Source: a virus (lineage: Duplodnaviria > Caudoviricetes). From it: a stretch of 60,640 nucleotides of DNA. Both the position numbers and the translations under genes were made by a program. The stretch is taken from positions 1 to 60,640 of IMG/VR virus record IMGVR_UViG_3300047635_000036. One strand, given 5' to 3'. Positions within the stretch are counted from its first letter, which is position 1. Every line of letters begins with the position of its first letter. The notes beneath the pieces are model-generated. The model was not told where the DNA came from. It ran no database searches and worked only from the letters and a program-made list of their open reading frames with translations. Positions 54,527 to 60,640 of this stretch are shown here, one piece after another.

Positions 54527-55402
54527 CTAGATCGGCATCTGCGGCGGGGGCGGCGGCGCGACCTGCGCCTGCTGGACGGGCAAGGCGGGCGGGGCCAGCG
54601 GCGCCTGCGGGGCCTGCTGCGCCGCTACCGGGGGCGCGTAGGCCGGGGCCTGATACACCGGGGCCGGCGGCGCCTGGTTGGTCATCTCCGCGACGGCCGG
54701 GTCCACCGGGGGCGCCGGCGGGGTCGGGGCCTGCTGGACCGGAGGCGCGGCCGGGGGCGCGTAGGCCTGGACCGGCTGCGGAGGGGCCACCGGAGCAGCC
54801 GGGGCGGCCGGCTGGGCAGCGACGGGCTGGTAGACCGGCGCCGGAGGCGCGAGCGGGGCGGGCGGCGCGGCCACCGGCGCGACAGGGGCCTGCGGAGCCA
54901 TCGGTGGCGGGGGAGGCATGGCCGGCACGCCCGGGAGGCCGGGCACGTTCGGGACGCCGGGGACCCCCGGGGCGCCCGCAGCCGGAGCGCCGGTAACCGG
55001 CCGGAACCCCTCGCAGTTGTTGCGCATCTCGCCCTGCCACTCGCGGTGGCCCAGCTTGACGTAGGCCTCGCGACCCATCAGCGCGGCGGCCACGGGGTCC
55101 AGCGAGCCCTGGTCACCGAGCGCGGCGAAGAACTGCTCGTCGAGCCCGAAGGCCCTCATGTGCCGGAAGAAGATCGACACCGCGTTGGGGTTCTCCAGCG
55201 TGAGGGTGAACTGGTTGAACACCTTGCGCGGAGCGTAGGGGCCCTCCGTGACCTCCATCTTGACCTTGATCATCGGCTTGCCCGACTGCGCGGTGGTCGC
55301 GGTCGACTCGATGATCCGGATGCGGTACTCCCCGATGGGGAGCGCCTCGAAGCTGACGCTCTTCGCGTCCTGGATCGCCTGGTTGAAGTTGATCGTCGTC
55401 AC
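54527..55402 (-). CDS. ssDNA-binding protein (DUF669-like) with long Pro/Ala/Gln tail
   Basis: FEALPIGEY, SGKPMI, GPYAPRKVF, EWQGEMRN; follows Sak4-like gene. Confidence 0.75.
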   Translation of the reverse strand: MTTINFNQAIQDAKSVSFEALPIGEYRIRIIESTATTAQSGKPMIKVKMEVTEGPYAPRKVFNQFTLTLENPNAVSIFFRHMRAFGLDEQFFAALGDQGSLDPVAAALMGREAYVKLGHREWQGEMRNNCEGFRPVTGAPAAGAPGVPGVPNVPGLPGVPAMPPPPPMAPQAPVAPVAAPPAPLAPPAPVYQPVAAQPAAPAAPVAPPQPVQAYAPPAAPPVQQAPTPPAPPVDPAVAEMTNQAPPAPVYQAPAYAPPVAAQQAPQAPLAPPALPVQQAQVAPPPPPQMPI

Positions 55403-56226
55403 TGGGTGACTTCCTCTCGGGGCGCCTGCGGCGCCGGGGTTTCGATCGACGTCGCGGTGACGCCGAAGATGACCCGCATCCAACGCTCGATGTCGTCGCC
55501 GCTGGTGCCGGCCGCCGGTTGCGGGACCGTGATCAGGCCGCCGAGGCGACCCTGGACCCGCTCGCCGGCCTCGAACTGGGAGTTGGGCGCGATCAGCAGC
55601 CGGCGGACCTCCAGGGTCGGCTGGCCGTTCGCATCCACGTCGCGGTCCGGGTAGAGGTACCCGCAGATGTCCATCCAGTAGGGCAGCGCGGTGGAGATCT
55701 GGCCCTGCATGAACGGGACCCACTTGCCGGCCTGGGACTGACGGGTCTCCGCGATGAAGACCACGCACCGCACGTTGATGCCGGGCAGCAGCGCGAGGTC
55801 CCGGAACCCCCGGATGGCCTTGTCCATCCGGGACAGGAGGGTGCCCCAGTCCTGGATCTTCATCGCCTCCTCGCCGCGCAGGTTCTCCTTGCAGCGGCGC
55901 TGGATCTCGGTGACCGAGTCGACCACCACGGAGGTGAACGGGAGCTGGTAGGAGCGCAGCCACTGCAGGCACGTCTCCACCGTCCCCCACTCCCGCACGT
56001 GTACCACGCAGGCGTCCCAGGTCCCGTCGTAGACCGGCGGGGGCCCGGAGGTGGGCTCCCAGTACACCTTGCGCAGGTTGATGAACCGCCAGGAGCCCTC
56101 CGCGTCCAGCACGAGGATCGGCTTCGGCGCGGTGCCGGACAGGGTCGACTTGCCGACCTTGGACGCGGCGTGGATCAGCAGCGAGATCCGCTGGTCGGTG
56201 GTGAAGTAGCTGAGCGGCGTCGTCAC
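55399..56226 (-). CDS. Sak4/AAA_24-type RecA-like ATPase (recombinase)
   Basis: AASKVGKST, LDAEG, VVVDSVTE, DWG, FIAE. Confidence 0.8.
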   Translation of the reverse strand: MTTPLSYFTTDQRISLLIHAASKVGKSTLSGTAPKPILVLDAEGSWRFINLRKVYWEPTSGPPPVYDGTWDACVVHVREWGTVETCLQWLRSYQLPFTSVVVDSVTEIQRRCKENLRGEEAMKIQDWGTLLSRMDKAIRGFRDLALLPGINVRCVVFIAETRQSQAGKWVPFMQGQISTALPYWMDICGYLYPDRDVDANGQPTLEVRRLLIAPNSQFEAGERVQGRLGGLITVPQPAAGTSGDDIERWMRVIFGVTATSIETPAPQAPREEVTQ

Positions 56227-57749
56227 AGGGCTGCTCCGTCTCGCGCCAGGTAGCGCTCGTGGGGGTCGACCGGGTGGTAGAGCGCGGCGAGCATGTCCTC
56301 CGCCCGGGACCCGTCGTCGAACAGGCCGCAGACGGCGAAGAAGTCGCAGTCGTAGCGGCAGCTCGGCCGGGGCGACGGGTAGGCGACGGCGAGGTGGGAC
56401 TCGCCCCGGTCGAGGCGCTCGGTCGCCGCGGCGACCTCGTCGACGGCCGCGAGCATCCTGGTCCGGTAGGACTCGAGCTCGTGGACGTTGTGGTCGACCT
56501 GCACCCGCTCGTAGAACGGCGGCGTGGCCCGCGCGGTGCGCTTCACCCGGCGCAGCATGTTATACAGCGCGCCGTCGCAGCGCGCCTCGCCCTCGCCGGT
56601 GTTGAGCCACTCGAGCAGGTGGTAGTGCAGCATCTGCTCGTCCTGCTGCAGCGTGTATCGCGGGGAGGTGAGCTCCTGGACGGACTTGTGGTCGATGAAC
56701 ATCCGCGCGCCGTCGACCTCGCGGTAGGTGCGGGCGTCCAGCAGGCCGACCGCGCGCACGGGCCGCCCGGAGGCGGTCTCCAACTCGGCGGTGAGCGCGG
56801 TCTCCGAGGCGATGACCCGCAGGCCGGAGTCGACGCCGGTCTCCTCGAGCCACTGGACGTAGCCCTCGACCATGGCCCGCTCGAGGTTGGTGCTCTGCGC
56901 GAACTCGTGGGCGAGCGAGTCCATCTGGTCCTGGTCGGCCAGGCGCTGCTCGGCCAGCGTGGAGATCTTCGTCCAGTCCTCCAGGACGGCGCGCTCCAGC
57001 GCCGCCCGCGGGTCGACCCTGACCTGGCCGTCCGGCACGTACCAGGCGGCCAGCGCGGCGTGGATGCGGGTGCCGGTGGACCGGATCCCGACGTAGTTCT
57101 CGGTCTGCAGCGCCAGGCTGCGGTACCAGCGCAGCCACCACCGGCGCCGGCAGCGCTTGAAGTCCTGGAGCAGCGAGTTGCTGACCGGGAACCCGGCTGC
57201 CGCGTGCGGTTCCTCGTGCGCCTCGTCGGGGACGGGCAGGTACTCCTCCTGCAGGTCGGCGTCCCAGTTCGCCGGCACCAGGCGCGCCGTCTCCAGGAGT
57301 TCCTGCGGGACCTCGATCCCGGCGGCGACGGCCACGAGATCGACCTCCGCCAGGACGGGAGCCTTGCGCTGGTCGGTAGCGACCCAGAGCTCGCCGTCGG
57401 GTCCGTACCAGGTGTACGGCGACTCAACGTTCTCCTCAGCGGACACCGTGACGAGGGTGTCCTCCTCGAGGTCCTCCTCAGGAGGGTCGTCCTCGAGGTC
57501 CTCCAAGTACAGCACCTCGTCGGGCGGCGCGTCCGGCGCATCCGGCACGCCGTCGAGCCGGTTGAGCGCGGCGACTACCCTCTCCCGGTCCCCGGGCTTC
57601 CACGACTCGAGCCGCTCGATGTTGGTCAGCCGCGCGGTGCTCCTGCCCGCGAACCCGATGATCTCGGTGAGCTGGGGGCGGGTGAGCTTGTGCCGCTTGC
57701 GCGCGGCGGCCACCTCGGCCCCGGTGATGGTCTCTACTGCGTACGTCAC
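56223..57749 (-). CDS. Cas4/RecB-like PD-(D/E)xK exonuclease with N-terminal XRE-like HTH
   Basis: ARKRHKLTRPQL..LTNIE; KRCRRRW, GTRIH, LD..IDHKS, QMLHY, C..CDFFAVC. Confidence 0.85.
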   Translation of the reverse strand: MTYAVETITGAEVAAARKRHKLTRPQLTEIIGFAGRSTARLTNIERLESWKPGDRERVVAALNRLDGVPDAPDAPPDEVLYLEDLEDDPPEEDLEEDTLVTVSAEENVESPYTWYGPDGELWVATDQRKAPVLAEVDLVAVAAGIEVPQELLETARLVPANWDADLQEEYLPVPDEAHEEPHAAAGFPVSNSLLQDFKRCRRRWWLRWYRSLALQTENYVGIRSTGTRIHAALAAWYVPDGQVRVDPRAALERAVLEDWTKISTLAEQRLADQDQMDSLAHEFAQSTNLERAMVEGYVQWLEETGVDSGLRVIASETALTAELETASGRPVRAVGLLDARTYREVDGARMFIDHKSVQELTSPRYTLQQDEQMLHYHLLEWLNTGEGEARCDGALYNMLRRVKRTARATPPFYERVQVDHNVHELESYRTRMLAAVDEVAAATERLDRGESHLAVAYPSPRPSCRYDCDFFAVCGLFDDGSRAEDMLAALYHPVDPHERYLARDGAAL

Positions 57750-59665
57750 TCGGTCTCCCGTGTTACTTCGTCGACGACCGCGAACAGGTCGGTTCGGAGG
57801 ATGCGCGCCTCTTCGGCGTCCAGCGCCGAGGTGTCGAGGTTGGCCCTGGCTAGCTCGGCGCGGTCCCGGGTGATCTCGTCGAGGCGCAGCATCTTCTCCA
57901 GCAGCGCGTCGATCTGGTCCTCCTCCACCGTGTCCTCGGTGATGATGTCGATCACCAGCACGGACTCGTGGCGCTCGCTGCCGATCCGGTGGTTGCGGTC
58001 CTCCTTCTGGCGCTCGTCGATCAGCGACCAGGACCGCTGGAGGTTGATCAGTACGTCGGCCGCGGACATGTCCAGGCCGGTACCGCCGGACTGCCCGGTG
58101 AACAGCAGGACCTTGATCCGGCCCTCGTTCATGGCCTGCAGCGCCCGGTCCCGGTCGTGCTGGGAGACGTCGCCGTCGATGACCGCGTGCGGGACGCCGA
58201 GCTTCTCCAGCCTCTTGGCGGCCATCCGCAGGAGCTGCTTGAACTGGGCGGCCACCAGCACCGGCGGCCGGGCGTGGTTCGGAGAGAGCACGCCGAGCTC
58301 CTCGAGCACGACCTCGAACTCGTCGAGCTTCGGGGACGGCTCGCGGAGACTCACGATCCAGGTACTGGGCTTGTCCGGATCCACCCGGTCGACGTCGACG
58401 CTGGCGCAGGCGAACTGCATCAGGCGCGCGTTCTTGACGAGGTGGTTCGGGGCCACGAACAGGCCGCCGTCCACCGTGGTCCGCAGGTCCTGCTTGAGCT
58501 CCTCGTAAACCCGGCGCATCTGCGGGGAGAGCTGGGTGCGCCGGGTCATCCGGGCGCGCGGCGGGAGCTGGGACAGCACGACCGCCTTGAGCATCCGGCG
58601 GAACCGCGGGTCGAGGATCCTGAACAGCTCGTCCCGGGTGTCCGGGCGGATGCCGACGAACTCCATGTTCCCGAACGCCGTGGTCTGGCCGAGGCAGAAC
58701 CGGTTGAGGTAGTCGCCCCTGGTGGGGAAGTCGTCGGGCGCCACCGCGTGCATGATCGACCAGAGGTCGCCGGGGTGGTTGGCGATCGGCGTGCCGGTGA
58801 GCGCCCAGCGCCTGGTCACCGACGGGGAGTGCATGACGTGCCAGACGGCGCGGGTCTGGAGGGCCTGGGGGTTCTTTCCCCGGTGGGCCTCGTCCCAGAC
58901 GACCGTCTTGAACTCGAAGTCATTGAGCTCCTTGTGGTGGACCTCGCAGCGCGCCGTGGACAGCCCCTCCTCCCCGTACTTCGGGTCGCAGGTCCGGCAG
59001 CGCTTGAGACGCACCGAGCCGTAGGGGGCGAGTCGGCTGAACAGCCGCATGGCCTCGATCCCGACGAACACGACTGCGGTCGGATCAGCGATCGCGGCCT
59101 TGAGGATCTTTCGTCGCTTGGCGGCGGTGCCGTCCACCATGTAGGGCGTGGCCGCCGGGAGCCATTTCGGAACGTGGCGCTCCCAGTGCCGCTTCACGCC
59201 GGAGGGGCAGATCACCAGGGCCGGCAGCGCCTGCTCGAGGCCCGCGACCGCGTGCAGCAGGCCCATGACCTGCACGGTCTTTCCGACTCCAGGCTCATCA
59301 GCGAGTAGTCCCGACCCGGCGACGTGCATGAACTGCACGCCGGCGGCCTGGAACGGGTAGAGGCCCTCGAGCAGCGGGAGGTCGTCCCAGGAGTCGGGGT
59401 CGATCTCCGAGCGCTTCTGCATGGCCGGGTCGACGCGCTCCTCACGGACCCGCCAGGCCCAGTCGACCGCGTCCTGGCCGAGGGTGAGCTGCTGGCCGAA
59501 CAGGCCGCGCGCGGTGACCAGGGAGGCCCAGGCGGGGACGAGGCGCCAGGTCTCGGCCCTGGCGTCCCAGCGGGAGCCGGGGATCGCCTCGGCGAGGGCC
59601 TTCTCGTTCCACACCGTGGCGAGCAGGATCTCGCCGGTCGCGGGGTCGATCGTGGCGTGGGCCAT
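57746..59665 (-). CDS. SNF2-family helicase
   Basis: LADEPGVGKT, WDEAH, LTGTPIAN, GTGLDM, QKEDRNHRIG. Confidence 0.92.
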   Translation of the reverse strand: MAHATIDPATGEILLATVWNEKALAEAIPGSRWDARAETWRLVPAWASLVTARGLFGQQLTLGQDAVDWAWRVREERVDPAMQKRSEIDPDSWDDLPLLEGLYPFQAAGVQFMHVAGSGLLADEPGVGKTVQVMGLLHAVAGLEQALPALVICPSGVKRHWERHVPKWLPAATPYMVDGTAAKRRKILKAAIADPTAVVFVGIEAMRLFSRLAPYGSVRLKRCRTCDPKYGEEGLSTARCEVHHKELNDFEFKTVVWDEAHRGKNPQALQTRAVWHVMHSPSVTRRWALTGTPIANHPGDLWSIMHAVAPDDFPTRGDYLNRFCLGQTTAFGNMEFVGIRPDTRDELFRILDPRFRRMLKAVVLSQLPPRARMTRRTQLSPQMRRVYEELKQDLRTTVDGGLFVAPNHLVKNARLMQFACASVDVDRVDPDKPSTWIVSLREPSPKLDEFEVVLEELGVLSPNHARPPVLVAAQFKQLLRMAAKRLEKLGVPHAVIDGDVSQHDRDRALQAMNEGRIKVLLFTGQSGGTGLDMSAADVLINLQRSWSLIDERQKEDRNHRIGSERHESVLVIDIITEDTVEEDQIDALLEKMLRLDEITRDRAELARANLDTSALDAEEARILRTDLFAVVDEVTRETE

Positions 59666-59698
59666 CGGTCCGTCGTTCCTCCGGGTCCGGTCGATCTA

Positions 59699-60217
59699 TT
59701 AGTCAATAGTAGCATCGGGCCGGCGGGTGCGCTCCAGCAGCCGGCAGTAGGTCTGGGCGCGGTGCGTGGCCAGGCAGAGCAGGGCGTGCCGGGCGGCGTC
59801 GCGGACGTCGTCGGCGTCCGGCGCCCCCACCTCGGCCGGGGTGACCCAGAGGTCGAGCTTGCGCAGGAAGTCGTTGGTGGTGAAGCTCTTCGCGTCGGCC
59901 GGGCTCTGGAACACGACCGGGATCCCGTAGCGCGCGGCCAGCTCGATGACCGCGCCGACCACCTGCTGGGCGTCGGTCTGGCGGGTGTGTCGGGCCGAGC
60001 CGCCCGTGAAGCGCTCCATCGCGACCAGCACGTCCCCGCCGTCGGGCTCGACGAACTCGAGCAGCCTCTCCAGGTAGGCCAGGGCGCCCTCGGGCGGTCC
60101 CTGGTAGAAGCCGGCCGGCAGGCCGTTGCGCAGGCCGAACACGCCGGCGCTCCTGCCCGGGTCCACCCCGATCACCCAGCACGCCGGGGCGATCTCGTAC
60201 TCCGCGTTCCCGTCCAT
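59699..60217 (-). CDS. RuvC-like Holliday junction resolvase
   Basis: IGVDPG, VAMERF, DDVRDAARH. Confidence 0.75.
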   Translation of the reverse strand: MDGNAEYEIAPACWVIGVDPGRSAGVFGLRNGLPAGFYQGPPEGALAYLERLLEFVEPDGGDVLVAMERFTGGSARHTRQTDAQQVVGAVIELAARYGIPVVFQSPADAKSFTTNDFLRKLDLWVTPAEVGAPDADDVRDAARHALLCLATHRAQTYCRLLERTRRPDATID

Positions 60218-60640
60218 CACGCCGCCACCAGCTCCCTGCACTCGCCCCAGTTGGGTCCGACCTCCACGCTCCAGGTGAGCGGCACGCTGAGCGTCTGGTC
60301 GTCGCTGACCACGTCGAGCAGGGTCGCGGCGACGTCCCGCACCTCCGCCTCGGGCACGTCGAGGTCGAACTCGTCGTGCACGAACAGGGTCAGGTACTCC
60401 CCGAGGCCGGCGTGGTCGGCCGCGACCGCCTTCAGCTTGAGCAGCTCCGCCGCGGTGCCCTGGATCAGGTAGTTCACCAGCGCGTAGATCCGGCGCGGGT
60501 CGGCCACGTGCTTGCGGCCGGTGAGCGGGGAGCGCACGTACGGCTCGCCCTCGCTGGCGAAGCGCTGGTTGGCCAGCCGCTCCACCTCCCGAATCCAGGC
60601 CGGCACCCGCGGGTAGAGGGCGTCGAAGCGGCGCATGAAC
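60217..60640 (-). CDS. polA: DNA polymerase family A, C-terminal part (runs off window)
   Basis: NYLIQGTAAELLK, FVHDE, VPL...GPNWG. Confidence 0.9.
   Translation of the reverse strand, partial: FMRRFDALYPRVPAWIREVERLANQRFASEGEPYVRSPLTGRKHVADPRRIYALVNYLIQGTAAELLKLKAVAADHAGLGEYLTLFVHDEFDLDVPEAEVRDVAATLLDVVSDDQTLSVPLTWSVEVGPNWGECRELVAA

Noticed and set aside
54530-55000. Tandem DNA repeat
   Set aside because: Low-complexity Pro/Ala/Gln coding tail of the SSB-like gene, not a discrete repeat element
56223-57749. CRISPR-associated cas4
   Set aside because: Context (helicase, Sak4-like, SSB) indicates a standalone phage recombination exonuclease
1-60640. tRNA genes, integrase/attP, IS elements
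   Set aside because: No cloverleaf, recombinase or transposase motif recognised by eye; lifestyle cannot be determined from this window

Overview
Most of a high-GC, actinomycete-type siphovirus genome, truncated at the right end inside a family A DNA polymerase gene. Left to right: an AT-rich repeat region and a terminase small subunit-like gene; a leftward array of small early genes (about 1.0-6.5 kb), most under their own near-identical TTGnnn-N18-TAGACT promoter; a rightward accessory region (7-18 kb) with shuffled domains, MazG-like and UDG-like genes and five paralogues of a CGTxACLAG family; an inverted tail-fibre-like/GH25 endolysin pair; a six-gene glycan locus (three GT2 enzymes, an RmlB-like dehydratase, a methyltransferase, a UDP-glucose dehydrogenase-like enzyme); an intein-containing large terminase; membrane/lysis genes; a head-tail module resembling mycobacteriophage cluster B (portal, 2H-phosphoesterase/protease polyprotein, two capsid proteins, tail tube, frameshifted chaperone, tape measure, minor tail genes) followed by a GT-B glycosyltransferase; and a leftward replication/recombination arm (WhiB, GDP-mannose epimerase-like, SSB, Sak4-like ATPase, Cas4-like nuclease, SNF2 helicase, RuvC-like, PolA). 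The strongest candidate for a new system is the eight-gene glycan pathway that includes its own nucleotide-sugar enzymes. All calls come from motif recognition by eye; no searches were run.
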